From NCBI GenBank assembly GCA_030390025.1, contig CM059430.1, forward strand, positions 73,222,001 to 73,286,000: 64,000 nucleotides of DNA, in the 5' to 3' direction. Both the position numbers and the translations under genes were made by a program. Position 1 is the stretch's first letter; every line of letters begins with the position of its first letter. Positions 9,901 through 23,638 of the stretch are shown here, piece after piece. The notes beneath the pieces were generated by a model. That model worked only from the letters and a program-made list of their open reading frames with translations, made no database searches and was not told where the DNA came from. The DNA comes from Squalus acanthias (taxonomy: Eukaryota).

Positions 9901-12050
9901 AACATAACTATAGACTTATACAGCATAGAAGGATGCCATTCGGCACATCATGCCTGTACCGCCTCATTGAAAGAGGCATCAAATTAATGCTTCTGCCCCA
10001 CTCTTTATCCATAGCTCAGCAGATGTTTCCTTTTCAAATATATGTCCCATTCCCTTTTGAAAGTTAGATTGAATGTGCTTCCAACACCCTTTCAGACAGT
10101 ATATTCCAAATCATAATAACTCGCTGCATAAATATATTGTCTCAATCCCTTTTCCGGTTCTGTTGCAAATTATGTGAAACCTGTGTACGTTGTTTACCGA
10201 TCTACCTGCCAGTGTAAGGGTATCTCCTTAACCCCTCATGATTTTGAACACCTCTATTAAATCTCCCTTTAAGTTTATCTTGTCTAAGGAGAACAATCCG
10301 AGCTTCACTCGCCTCTCCACGTAACTGAAGTCTCTCATCCCTGGTATAATTCTGAGAGATCTCCCCTGCAGTCCGTATTCTTCCTAAAGTCTGGTGCCCA
10401 GAACTGTGCACTTCATGCCACCTGCAGCCTAACCGATGATTTATAAAGGTTTAGCATAAATTTAATGATTTTATACTCTATGCCTCTATTTATAAAGCCA
10501 AGGATCCCGTGTGATTTTGGAAGAACTTTATCAACTTTTCCTGGCACTTTCATAGATTTGTGAATGAGAACGTCCATGCTTCCCTGTTCCTGCAACCAAT
10601 TAAAATTGTACTATTTATTTTATATTAAGTAGCCATATACTGACTTCCAAAAAACATTACTTCATGGTTGTCTGCAATCCTAGGGCAACGCCACTGTATA
10701 CTTCCCTCCAGTCTGAAAATCCAGCGTTCACCAATACTCACTGTTTCCTGTCTCTTAGCCCATTTCGTACCCATAGTGCCACTGCCACATAATGTCATTG
10801 GCTATAATATTTTTAACACGTCCATCATTTCACATCTTATCAAACGCCCTTTGAAAGATCATGTGCACATCAATCAGGCTACATTCATCAAAATTGATGA
10901 CGTTTATTTAACAATAGCACTGAATCAAATTTGTCAGACGCCATGTAGGTTTAACAAATCCGTGTTGGCTGTCATTTATTAACATAGTTGTTCCAAGTGA
11001 AAAATAATTTTGCCTCAGATTATGATCTCTAGAAGATCTCGCAATACTGACGTTCGGCGGACTGGCTGCTTTATCTCTCTCCCCTTGTCTGAACAGGGGT
11101 GTAACAGTTGCAAGTCTCAAGTCCTCTGTTATCACTTCTATACCAAAAGAGAATTGAAAGAGTGTGAACGCAGCCACCCCAAATACTACCCTTAATTCCA
11201 TTCGGAAACTAGGATGTATCACATCTGGATCATGCGACTTTTCTACTTTGAGCGCTGCCAACATTTGAAGTACCCTACCTATATTTATTATCATCCTATT
11301 CAATTTCTCTACTACCTTCTCCTGTAATATGGCATTGACAGCATCCTAATATATAGTGTCGACAAATGCAATGTATTCATTTAGTACCCCAGCCATGCCC
11401 TCTGGCTCCACAAGAAAATCTCCTTTTTGGTCCCTAATCTACCCCACCCTTCCTTTCAGTACAAGTTTCTTTTACATGTTTATAAAAATACTTTTGTGCC
11501 CCCTGTTATGTTACCCGCTAATCAATTTCCATACACGCTTCGCTCCTCTTATTTCCGCCGTTTCTGCTTCATTTTAATCTCAATTTATTTAGTCACGAAA
11601 GGAGTTAGAGCTTTGGTCACGCCTTCTTTCCCCTTCGTGTGTACCCAAACTATCTCATCATTGAAGGCCTCGTGTTGCTCATTTACGGTTATTAATTGCC
11701 AATCTTTTATTTTTCAAGTCACCTGGGCCAGATCCCTCTATCAAGTCACTGAAGTTAGCACTCTTTCAGTATCTTCAGCTTTGTTTGTTCCTCGTTCTAT
11801 TGCATAAGCACACTAATCTAATTGTGTCCACTGTTTTTTCGACGTTCCACCATTGATACAGCATCCACTCACAACACTTCGTTCCCCAGAACTAGCTCCA
11901 TAACTGCGGCACTGCCGGTTTGCTTGAAAACACACTGATCAAGTTCGTTGTTAAGCATACATTTCAGGAAATGATTCTGTTTCCCTCAACTATATATTAG
12001 TATAATTAAAGACCCCATCATCACTATTCTATTGGTGCTACATCTTTTTG
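9901..12050 (-). mobile_element. Old degenerate CR1 LINE
   Basis: Fragments GILGFINRGIEYK, LINDSQHGFVK, EKSHDPDVIHP. CR1 tail at ~9901. Confidence 0.8.
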
Positions 12051-12059
12051 AAATAATTT

Positions 12060-12344
12060 GGGCAAGAGATAGAGGGGGACTGTGAGGAAAAACCTTTTTT
12101 ACACTGCGAGTGGTGAGGACTTGGAACTCGCTGCCGACGAAGGTGGTAGAAGCGGAGACACTCAATGTTTTCAAGGGGAGACTAGATAGGTACTTGAGGG
12201 AAATAAACTTGCAGGGTTACGGGGTTAGAGCGGCGGATTGGGACTGACTGGATTGTTCAACAGAGAGACGGCACGGACTCGATGGGCCGCATGGCCTCCT
12301 TCTGTGCCGTTATGGCTCCATGGCTCTATGACTCTATGACTATG
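12060..12344 (+). mobile_element. CR1 3' end with (CTATGA)n tail
   Basis: FTLRVVRTWNSLP-type coding end, then ATGGCCTCCTTCTGTGCCG and the tandem tail. Confidence 0.85.
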
Positions 12345-15300
12345 CCGAATATTTCACCCAAATATAAAGGGAAATGTAGATCCCCTGGAAATGTACCACT
12401 TATTTTGATTTAACGCGGGAATTGCGTGCTGGAGGTCCAAAGGATACGTGTGTAGTTGTAATTTTGTACCCTTACTGGAGCATAATCACGCGCCCCCGGC
12501 CCCCCTCCCCTACACACACACACACTTCCATTCTAGAACATTGGCAATGTGAAAAATATACTTTGTGTGTTTGACGTGGATTCCCGAAAAAAGCGGTCGA
12601 TGCTGACTCTGCTATGCAGGTATCCTTATCATTCATGTTAATCTTAGGAAGATAAGCGGTTCCTACCTCGCTTCTCTTCATGACATTGCTGAGTAGTTAA
12701 ATCCTCTGCCCAAGACACTGCAAGCTAGCAATGGCAGCTCCACGGACGACGGTTTTTAAACACGTAAACACCAAATTTACCAAGAAAATCATAATGACGA
12801 AACCGTACACCTTCTGGAGGCGTATCCAGGACATACGCGACGAACTGCTGCTAAGGGAGTACTAAGAAACTAATATTGCCATGTTTTGTACAGTGGCGTT
12901 AACTTTGTTCTCTCCATGAAGCAGGTCAATTGCTTAGACGTACATTTAAATTAGTGAGCCTGCCGCTCACCCATTCACACACATCTGGAAGATATTCTGC
13001 ATTGTAAGGCTTGGTGCCGCAGTTAGCAAGCATCTTTCAGTTTTTTGAGATAAGGTACTGCTCCCCATTTACATGGCCCGTTCAGCACTAAGTTAGTGTA
13101 TTGAGGATCACTGGGAATTCGGCTTACACAGACAAATCAAAAGAGAACTAGTCACCGCTCTCAGTTTACATGTGACGTGGGAAGGAAATTAATAAACAAC
13201 TTTTTTATTCGTCCTTTCCATATAGTTCTCTATTTTTTAATTAAAGTGAGATACAATCCCCAACTGTGTTGAGGGATTCTATATTATGATAAACCTCCGT
13301 GTGGGACAGCCCTAACCACCCCCAAAGTCTTTTAGTGATAATTCTCAGTCCGTGTTGCTTGTTACCAAAAGAATCATTCTGTCACCAGTATACCTATGAG
13401 AAGCTTTCCGAATTTTAAAAGACGTTCTTAGGCCTTCGTCACCCTTCTCAGTTCCACTGAAGGAGAAGGTCACCTGAATAGTTCCTTACGGGTCCAATCT
13501 CTTGTTCCGCACACCACGCTACTAAATGTTCACAGTTCGCTTTCAAAGCAATCAAAACACTTTGAGACAAGGAAGGGCCAGAGCACCACGCAATGCTCCA
13601 AATGTGACTCGACTCATGCTTTGTGCAAAATCAACGGCTTGATTTAATTTATATTTAGTTTTCGAATGAATAAAACCACAAATCCCATCTGCCTTTTTAT
13701 GGCATTTGCTTCTTGCACATCTACTTTTTAAGTCTTATATGGGAGCCGAGTACTTGATACAAACACAAATTTCCGATACATGAAACTCTGTTCCGAGGCC
13801 ACAAAAATAAACATTTACCCCGAATTGCTTTTGAAATATATGTTGATAATACACTAATAATTATAAGATAAATAAAACACTATCAAGTCTTACATTGAGG
13901 CGCATGCGAGATAACATCAAACCCTGTCCTTGCGGTTTAGTATTTACACACAAATTGCAAGAACGAACAACACTCATTGGAGGAATAATGCTAGAAACAT
14001 AAACTGAAACACAGAAACCGTCTGCATAGCAGCTTATTGTGTAACCCGACCTATTCATCCGAGAATAAAAAGAAGCATAAAACCAAATGGAAACATTCTA
14101 GAGCTGACCTCACGTCAAAACCAGTAAGATTTTTCCACTGCTGTTTGATACTTTTGCTCGCTAATAGATTCAATCATTTGACAAGATAAGTTTTATAAAT
14201 GTACAGATTGCCAGCATATGCAAATTCTGTCGGAAAGCTGCAGAATTTCTAGCGTTCTTTGCAATCAATAACAAAACAAATCTGTTATTCTCTCAGATGG
14301 AGCATGTTAATTCATTGCTAAATTCCGCTCGGACATTAGCGCATAGATATGCAGCAACAAACTGGAGACATCGCTAATGCACCACTACACACCCCTGCTG
14401 TGACCCTCCTAATGTCGCAACTCATGAGGGCATAATGAGGACAAGTAATTATTCGCTGTGACCTTCTCAGAGGTTCCCTTCGATTTACCGCCCATGTTAC
14501 GGCGGGAGCTCGGAAGAAACGCTGTGGAAATTCCAGGAGAATTAATTACAACAACCGCTCAATAATGGTCTTTTTTGCGACACCAAATAATTATACAAGT
14601 CGGTTAATTACAATAAATTACTTTATATTTATGCTCACTAACTCAAGTATTTTTAATTTAAATTTGTGATTGATGCCAATTTCTAAATAAGCCTTGGTAT
14701 ACGCCTACCTCCATCTAAATTGTTTTTATTTTACCTTCTTCGTGAAACGGCCTACGTTGCAATGCATCACTGACAGCGACGTGGACATAGACATTCTCAA
14801 TAAAATGGTATTCAAAATTTGGTATGACCTGGGGAAGCTGCTAAAATAATAAGGGATAACATTTCCTCGGGGTTAAGGCCGATATTCCCCGAGGTTACGG
14901 TGAGATATCGGTGGGTTACAAGGTGAAAAAACTACCGCATTTTCATGCTGGGATACGGTTGATAGGGACAATTTTAAACTCTGGTGATAGTACACACAGT
15001 TTAATATTTTCTATTAAGCGGCAGAATATGGATTATTTAGGGAAACAGGCTAAATTGAAACAGCTGCGATAAATGTACAACTCAATTTTACTTCAATAGT
15101 TTATTTAATATGCTGGAGTTCCTCCGAGTATTTAGACCCAGACTCGCGCGTTATAGCGGAATTATTCTCCGGGTACGGAACTCTAACGGTTAAAATGCTT
15201 GTCTCCAGCGGGCTCGCCAGTCAATTCGGAACCACGTTCGCTCTGAATCTGATTTATTTTTGCAAAAAGACTGCTATTGAACGGTTGTTGCAGCTCATTC

Positions 15301-15834
15301 TCCTGGAATTTCACAGATATGATAACAAAATGGCGAACATCCATTGTTCAAAAGGTGCCCTCAAATTTATGAAAGTAGCCCGGAGATTAATTTGATGATA
15401 CTCGCAGTTATTCCAGTTGTTTTACAATTACCTTCCCCCCCACAATCGAATCGTGCTATAATGTCCTGTCACTGCAGGACAATCCTCCAATCTATGGAAC
15501 TTTTTTGCTTCCAAAACCTGTTTGTTGCACGATTCAGCCCGATAGCTAGGACCTTTAGTTCTCAGGCGATCCTCTTCAGGTTAAGAAAGGGCACATTTAA
15601 ATTATGTTACGGAATCAAAAACATCGAAAACTAGCACTATTCGTCTTTTCTAGCTGTAAAAGAAAACATGAATTATGGACTTGTGAGCTCATGCACAATC
15701 TTTTTAAGCTCCCATCATGTTATTCTATAACTTCAGCCTCTTACTTCATGTCACCATATCTGCTTACAGCTACACCTGCAGATGTTACTATCTAAAGGAT
15801 ATGCATTTTTCCATTCCGCAATTAATCAGCCTTG

Positions 15835-15856
15835 TGATATCTGACGTCACATATCA
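15835..15856. promoter_or_regulatory. CRE-centred palindrome about 100 bp upstream of the receptor ATG
   Basis: TGATAT-C-TGACGTCA-C-ATATCA; perfect CRE at 15842-15849. Confidence 0.5.
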
Positions 15857-15957
15857 GTAGGAGATGATATTAGGCACACTGCCCCCCCATTCCAAAAATC
15901 TTCATCTATCCAGTTCTCATTCGTAACGGATGATTTGCCGTGTTTTCGTTGCCCGAT

Positions 15958-16012
15958 ATGTTTATGAGTGGAGCAACTTGGGGCCTATGTTTCCTGGACA
16001 TTTTTTATCCAG
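15958..16012 (+). CDS. IgSF receptor exon 1: leader peptide MFMSGATWGLCFLDIFYP
   Basis: ATG, 18 largely hydrophobic codons, phase-1 donor CAG|GTAGAA matching the phase of the V exon. Confidence 0.75.
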
Positions 16013-16348
16013 GTAGAATTTTATCTTTGTTGTTACATATTGACTATTTCCTGAAGAAGAAAGAAATAATGAATTTGATATCTAAGTTAGTGTACAACGC
16101 AAAAGTGTTTCCGCTGGTTTAATTTGATGTATTATTATGATTACATGTGTACCTTGACAGAGGGAAACATCTGGATGAGAAGGGTAATGTTATTTATGAT
16201 AATTCACCAAGAAAACACGTTCAACAACAGGAGAACAATTCTGATAGTTAGATACATTCAATTAATAATATGTCACGATGTTGTTTGTTGGTGCTGATCC
16301 ATTCCATTTTATTAATTATTTAACCGGAGTGGCTTATTTTGTTGATAG

Positions 16349-16660
16349 TTGCTGTGGACACTTCGGGTAAGGTGACTCCGGGCATTGTACAAATGAAAGC
16401 GCTCATAGGTGCAAACCTTACCTTACAATGCCCTTTCCCCTTCCATCAGCACCATTCAAACGTAAACGTTTATTGGTGGAGAGAGGGTAACGATACCATC
16501 CTGCAAGAAGATAGCAGAAAACTGTTTCAAGTAAAGAAAGGCGGCGCCTACCTTCACCTTCTCTATGTGAAGATCCCGGACGCCGGATGGTATCGGTGTG
16601 TAGCCAAGGTTGGGTATCGCCCGGTGGGAAAAAGAACTCGTGTAAAACTTGTTGTATACG
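16349..16660 (+). CDS. IgSF receptor exon 2: V-set domain with germline-joined J-like strand
   Basis: TAG acceptor; LTLQC...VYWWR...AYLHL..VKIPDAGWYRC...VGKRTRVKLVVY; donor G|GTAAGT; phase 1/1. Confidence 0.93.
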
Positions 16661-17270
16661 GTAAGTGTTAGTGGAACTGGAATCGTGGAGAGTTTACTTG
16701 GTGTCGATATTGATACTATACTTAACAAGTAATTTCAATAGGGAATTGCCCTATATATAAAACAGTACAGCGTTCTTCTTGTTTGGAACGACACGTGTTC
16801 AAAAATAAGGAACCGTTTCCAGTTCCAGACTCTTTGAAAAATGTGAAACTGAACTTTATCATCAATTGTGATTTAATTGTATATTTATCAAGTAAAGTGA
16901 ATTCAAGGCTGCGAAATAAAACGTGTCTTTCTAATTTTAGCACTGAGAAGCAGGATGAAAAGTCTTAGGGTTATTTGCAATGTTAAACAAGTTTAAAGGC
17001 CCGATATCTCATTTTGAAAGCAGAGGAGAGGATACCAAACAATCACATCCCTATCATTTAGACGGAACGCTTGCAATTTCTGCTATCTGGAAAAAAATCC
17101 TGAACCGCCGTTCGGTAAAACTGGCGAGATGCACACGATAAACCAAGTGCCGTAGTCCAGACAGAGATTCTAATTTGATCCTTTCCATCCAGAAGAGGAA
17201 AATGTTCTCTATGTATCAATAAAATCCGACTTGCACTATTGCCGTAGTTTAAGCACAACATGCCGATTCG

Positions 17271-18955
17271 AAAACATAGAAACATAGAAAAATAGGAGCA
17301 GGAGTAGCCCATTCAGCCCTTCCAGCCTGCTCCGCCATTCAATATGATCATGGCTGATCCTCTATCCCAATACCATATTCCCCCTCTCTCCCCATACCCC
17401 TTGATGCCTTTTGTGTCTAGAAATCTATCTATCGCCTTCTTAAATATATTCAGTGACTTCGCCGCCACAGCCTTCTGTGGTAGAAAATTCCATTGGTTCA
17501 CCACCCTCTGAGTGAAAATAAATTTTCCTCATTTCAGTCCTAAATGTCCTACCCCGTATCCTGAGTCTGTGACGCATCGTTCTCGACCACCAGCCAAAGG
17601 AAACATCCTCCCTGCATCCAGTCTGTCTAGCCCTGTCAGAATTGTACACGTTTCAATGAGATCCCCTCTCATTCTTCTAAACTCTACTGAATACAGGCAT
17701 GCTCGACCCAATCTCTCCTCATCCGACAGTCCTGCCATCCCAGGAATCAGACTGGTGAACTTTGGCTGCACTCGCTCTGTGGCAAGTATATCCTTTCTTA
17801 GGTAAGGAGACCACAACTGCACACAGTACTCCAGGTGTTGTCTCACTAAGGCCCTGTATAACTGTTGTAAGACTCCCTTGCTCCTGTACTCAAATCCCCT
17901 TGCAATGAAGGCCAACATACCATTTGCCTTTCTAACTGCTTGCTGCACCTGCATGTTTGCGTTCAGTGACTGGTGTACAAGAGCGCCCAGTTCCCTTTGT
18001 ACATCAACATTTCCCAATCTATCAATATTTAACTAATACTCTGCCTTTCTGTTTTTTCTACCGAAGTGGATAACTTCACGTTTATCCACGTTATACTGCA
18101 TCTGCCACGTATTTGCCCACTCACTGAACATGTCTACATCGCCGTGAAGCCTATTTGCATCCTCCTCACAACTCACAATCCCACCTAGTTTCGGGTCGTC
18201 AGCAAACTCGGAAGTATTACATTTGGCTCCCTCATCCAAATCATTGATATATATTTTGAATAGCTGCAGCCGAAGCACTGATCTCTGCGGTACCCCACAA
18301 GTCACCGCCTGCCACCCTGAAAAAGACCCATTTTTTCCTACTCTCTCTTTACTATCTGTTAATCAATTTTCAATCCATGCCAGTATATTACCCCCAATCG
18401 CATGTGCTTTATTTTTGCACACTAACCTCTTATGTGGGACTTTATCAATGGCCTTCTGAAAATCCAAATACACCACATCCACTGGTTCTCCCTTATCTAT
18501 TCCACCAAACATTCCTCAAACAGTTCCAGTAGGTTTTTGTAACATGATTTCCCTTTCATAAATCCATGTTGACTCTATCTATACGAATTGATATTTCTAA
18601 GTGTCCTGTTATCAAATCCTTTTTCATAGACTCTAGCATTTGCCCTGGTGCTGATGCTAGGCTAACCGGTCTGTAGTTCCCTGTTTTCTCTCTCCCTCCT
18701 TTTTTCAATAGTGGTGTTACATTTGCCACCCTCCAATCTGCAGGAACTGTTCCATAATCTATCGAATTTTGGAAGATGACAATCAATGCATCCACTATTT
18801 CCATGGCTACCTCTTTTAGTACTCTGGGATGCAGAATATCAGGCCCTGGGGATTTATCGGCTTTCAGTTCCATTAATTTATACAACACTCTTTTTTTACT
18901 AATACTAATTTCCTTTAATTCCTCCTTCTCACTAGACCCTTGCTTCTCTAGCATT
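17271..18955 (-). mobile_element. HER1-like CR1 LINE in intron 2
   Basis: (AAACATAG)n tail. RT motifs GVPQRSVL, FADD, KANGMLAFIARG, HLEYCVQLWSP. Confidence 0.93.
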
Positions 18956-19237
18956 GGTGGTGACATTGATATTAATAAAAAAAGAGGCCCGATGTTTAAA
19001 ATAATTGTGTTCAATATAACAGTGATACGTCAATACTGTAGGGGAGGAAACTCTGGAAATAATGTCTCTGGATATAGTGAAGAACATGTTAAATTCGGCT
19101 CCAGTCAGGGTCATTAATAACTATCGATACAGCTACTATGCACGAACACAGCTGGTGGTTATTTTTTTTTAAAACAATGAGCAGATAGTATACCTGTCAA
19201 ATGTTTTGCTTTATCTGTTTTTGCTCATTTCATTTAG

Positions 19238-19543
19238 CTGTACCCGCTGCGCTGAATAATGTCCCCATGACATCCGAAGGGGCTTCACCTGCTTTTCTGA
19301 GACACCAGTGCAGATCGGCTGCGTTTTATCCGAAGGACTTCAACCTCACCTGGCAAAAAAACGGTACCGAAATTGCGGCAGGATTTCGAACTGAACAACA
19401 GACAAAGACAGAGTGTCTATATGAAGTTATCAGCTCCTTAGAAGAGAAAACAACAATTGAGCGGGGCACAGTTTATACCTGTAAAGTAAATAACGTTTCA
19501 AACTCAATTCCTGGAAATGCCAGCTACACCTTTGCTAACAAAG
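19238..19543 (+). CDS. IgSF receptor exon 3: C1-set domain
   Basis: TTTCATTTAG acceptor; QCRSAAFYPKDFNLTWQKNG...LYEVISSL...VYTCKVNNVS; donor G|GTAATG; phase 1/1. Confidence 0.93.
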
Positions 19544-20526
19544 GTAATGTTGTAGCACACGTAACATATTTGTCGATCTCTGTGTTTTTCTCGCTATAAT
19601 CGACTTTCCATCGCAGATAATGGGTTAATGCAAGGAAATTCGGGAAGTGTATACTGCAGTTGTTTGCATATCATTCAGTCAGCTCCGAAGTCTGGTTTTA
19701 CTCCAGCTTCCATTGATTGGGTGAAGGTTGTCTTTCTGTTGGCTATTAGGATCTGATCGGAATGAAATTAGACATAAGCAACCTCGCTGACAGTAGACAG
19801 CAGAACTCAGCATAGTTATCATAAATCAGCTAAACAGCCAAAGCATTGGAAATTCACGCAGAGAAGGCACTGTGAGGGTTGTTGCCAGAAATCGCACAAT
19901 GCATTGTAGGACTGGTAAAGTTAGTGAGGACTGGAGGGATGGAGTGGGGGAATTTAGCGTTTACACACTCCCGCAGCCATGAAGCAATCCAATATCAGTC
20001 CCGGCATAATCTAATGCGCAGTGCGACTCCCTGGACACTGTAACAAATAAGAATTGCTTGCCTCCTTCTTCTGGGAAGGTGAGAGTCTTCGTTTTGATTT
20101 GCACCGAAGGGGACCTCCAATAAATTTGTAAACACATTCCATTATAATGTATTTAAACGTTTTTCCTCTATATTGATCAGATAAAACATCCAAAATGATT
20201 TTTCCCACACGTCGCGACCAGATTGATTCTTTTCCCATTGCCCTTTATTCCAGTCAATTAGAAGAGAACCATTTGATGTGTTTTTCTCCATATGTCGCAT
20301 TGCTGCTAATTATCCAAACTACGAGGTGTTTCAAACTCTTCGTTTCTGATTTCATACAAATCAGCTGAATATGGAAATAACAAAATGGACGTGCTGAGCC
20401 TTACTGTACTGTATTATTGTATTCTCAGAGGAGTATATTTGGAAAATATGCTTGTGACATTGAAACGTGTGAATATGCTTTTTACATTCCACAGTTTCTG
20501 ATTTTGAATTGCTATCAATCTCATAG

Positions 20527-20640
20527 ATTTTGACTACACGATCAATATTCTTCTGGTCGCTGTATGTCAAGTGGGTGCGTTGGTAATTTTGCTGTTGATC
20601 ATTCCGATTGTGAAAGGACTCCAATTAGTTACATCTAAAG
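20527..20640 (+). CDS. IgSF receptor exon 4: transmembrane segment
   Basis: DFDYTINILLVAVCQVGALVILLLIIPIVKGLQLVTSK; TAG acceptor, AAG|GTAGGA donor; phase 1/1. Too short for the ORF track. Confidence 0.87.
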
Positions 20641-21163
20641 GTAGGAACCGTTTCGCCTTTGTTGATCATAGTCTTTCTAACAGCAGATTTTAAAACATTT
20701 TAAAATTAGAAATTAATTTTATAATTGATACTGTAACAAATACTTTACTGGCAGGTAGAGAACGAAAGGGCAGATTACAGTCATCATTACAAGCGGAGCA
20801 TCTGAATGGTTCAATATTACTGACGGGTTACTGTAAAAATTCTTCAAACATACATCTCCGTATCTGTTTGCTTGAACTCAAGGTTAGATCATGACGTGAC
20901 TTTAGCAGACTCGTTGCTGGGAATTCCTAAACCATTTTGGTGCAGATGCTGATCTAAAGCAGTAATTTGTTTGTGTATAATGATGCTTGCACAATTTAAT
21001 CACAAGGGACAGAACACAGTTGCAATCGAAGAGCGCTCTTTTTTTAACTCGTGATACTTGTACACCTATTACAACCCGTGAACTAACCTAATTACAGTTG
21101 ATTTAGCTGTTCTGGCGTTCAACTCCGTTCTTGGCGATTAAATTCAATTTTATTTCCCACCAG

Positions 21164-21207
21164 GTGCAAAGAGAAATTCAGTAAATACAAATCAGCATGA
21201 AGATCGG
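21164..21207 (+). CDS. IgSF receptor exon 5: short cytoplasmic exon
   Basis: TTTTATTTCCCACCAG acceptor; GAKRNSVNTNQHEDR; CGG|GTAAGG donor; phase 1/0. Confidence 0.78.
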
Positions 21208-22094
21208 GTAAGGTCATCATATTTTTCCCTCTATTTTCTTTCAAATTTCAACTAAACTATTCAGATATTGCGCTCAAATAAAATGCCCACATGAATCCTT
21301 ACCGCTTGGAGTTATTCATGGTCTTTACCTGTCCTGTGAAACATACATCGCATTCTATGAAGATGGGAAATATAGAATAATGACCGAAGCGTTAAGAAAC
21401 TCTCGCACCGATTTTAATAGACAGTTAAATTATACATTGTAATCCATCTTATAAAAAATGTCATGATATTTGAAAGGACCAATTATAGTATTGAAGAGGT
21501 CGCAGAACGTTGCTCGTTCCTTTTTGCGAACAAGGAAATAGCACGGTGAATTAAAGGTCCAAAATTGATCCTTGTGTATCAAATGGCACCAAGGGACTAT
21601 CAGATCTCCATAGCAGATTTGTACCTGCCTAATAAGTACATTATTGGAAACCTGCTGTTCTACGCAGCTCAAAGCAATTCCACACCGTCGTTGTTGCACG
21701 ATGACCTAACCCGGCATCTCCAGGTGACCGAACCCAAATGCTGTTTTCTGTTCAACCAGTCTGTGGCTATTTTTTTTACAAGCTGGAGACCTCAAATCAC
21801 TATTATATTTACAGGTTGTTTTCGCTCGTAACCCAACAAGCTGTGATGCATGGAAGCTGCAAAAAGTAGTTTTGGTGCAAGAGTACAGATTCCCTTAAGG
21901 ATATTATTGAACCAGTTGGAATTTTACGTTAATCCAAAAGGTGAATGGACACTGCTACTGAAACTAACTATTATATTTTCAGATTTTTAAAACTGAATTC
22001 AAATTTTAAAACTAGCATTTGAACTAATCTGATCAGGATTATTAATCCTGGTCCACGAATAGGGTGATAAGACTTGCAAAAATATCTCTGAAAT

Positions 22095-23326
22095 TATATG
22101 TGTAATTTAACTAGATTTTCAAAAGGCCTTCGACAAGGTAATTCATATTAGACTAATGAATAAGGTCAGATAATGTGGAGTCAGGGGACAATTAGCAGAA
22201 TGGATAACTAGCTGGCTTCGAGATTTAAAGCAGGCAGTAGCCGTAAATGGTAGCTATTCAGTGTGGCAGAAGGTGGGCGTGGTGTTCCACAAGGATCAGT
22301 GCTGGGACCACTATTGTTCACAATTTATATTAACGATTTAGATTTTGAAATCAAAAAGACAATTTGTAAATTTGCAGATGGCACCAAATTGTGGGGGTCG
22401 GGAGAGTGGGGGCGGAGGGACTGTGAGGGGATAGTCAATACTGAAAAGGACTGCAACAAATTGCAGGAAGATATTAATAATCTTGATGAATGCGCATTTA
22501 ATTATCAAATTAAATTCAACAGAGATAATTGTCAGTTATGACATTTTGGTAATAAAAATAGGCAGGTCACAGATTACTTGGAAAACATGAATCTAATTTG
22601 GGTAGAAGAGTAAAGGGATCCATGAGCAAAAATCGTTGAAAGTAGCGACACAGATTAACAAGGCCATAAGAAAGCAAACTAAACACTAAGCTTTATTTCT
22701 AGAGGGATTGAATTGAAAAGTACAGAAATTATGCTAAACTTGCATCGAACCTTAGTTAGAACACAATTCGAATACTGCGTAAAATTCTGATCGCCATATT
22801 ATGAAAAGAATATAGACTCACTGGAGATTGAGCAAACATGATTTACAAGGATGATTCCAGAAAGACGGGGGTATACATATCAGGAAAGGATGAACAGGCG
22901 AGGTCTCTTTTCTCTTGAAATGGGAAGAATGAAGGGTGACCTAATAGAGGTATTTAACATTATGAAAGGTTTTTATAGACTAGATACAGAGAGAGTGTTT
23001 TCACTTGTGGGAAAGAGCAAGACTAGAGGCTATCAATATAAGGTATTCACCAAGAAATCAAATAGGGAATTCAGAAGCAATTGCTTTACCCAGAGAGCGG
23101 TGAGAATATAAAAGTTGCTACCACATGGAGTAGTTGAATCGAAATGTTTAGATGCATTTAAGGGGAGGCTGGATAAGCATATGAGGGAGAAGCGAATAGA
23201 GGGTTATGCTGAAAGATTTAGATGAGGAAAGACGGGTGGAGGCTCGAGTGGGGCATAAACGCCGGAATGGACTGGTTGGGCCGAATGGCCTGTTTCTGTG
23301 CTGCATATCCTGTGTAAACCTATGTA
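22095..23326 (+). mobile_element. CR1 LINE fragment in intron 5
   Basis: GVPQGSVLGPLLFTIYINDL, KGDLIEVFNIMKG, CR1 3' UTR. Confidence 0.9.
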
Positions 23327-23638
23327 ATTTTAGGAAAAATTTGATCTCTTTTTACTTTTTTTCATACAAATATTGGGTTAGCATTAGATATTTGCTCAGC
23401 CCAGGGTCATATGTCTCTCCTCTAAGCGAGCGCTTAATTCCCTTGGACTTCTGAATCAATAACTATTTATACAAGAGGGTCACCAATGCTCCCTATCAAT
23501 AAGACCCGTCCTTTGTGTGCATTGTATGTTGTTATCTGGTGCATGTCCATCTAAGCATTCCTCCTAGCTTCTGGATGCATAGGATTTTGGAAAGTGCAGG
23601 TAAAGTATAGACCAAGCAGCTTTTTCATTTCATATAAC

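Noticed and set aside
12731-12865. 44-aa ORF MAAPRTTVFK...
   Set aside because: No recognisable motif or splice support; this length is expected by chance.
15930-16012. Upstream ATG as the receptor start
   Set aside because: It reaches the donor in phase 2, which is incompatible with the phase-1 V exon.
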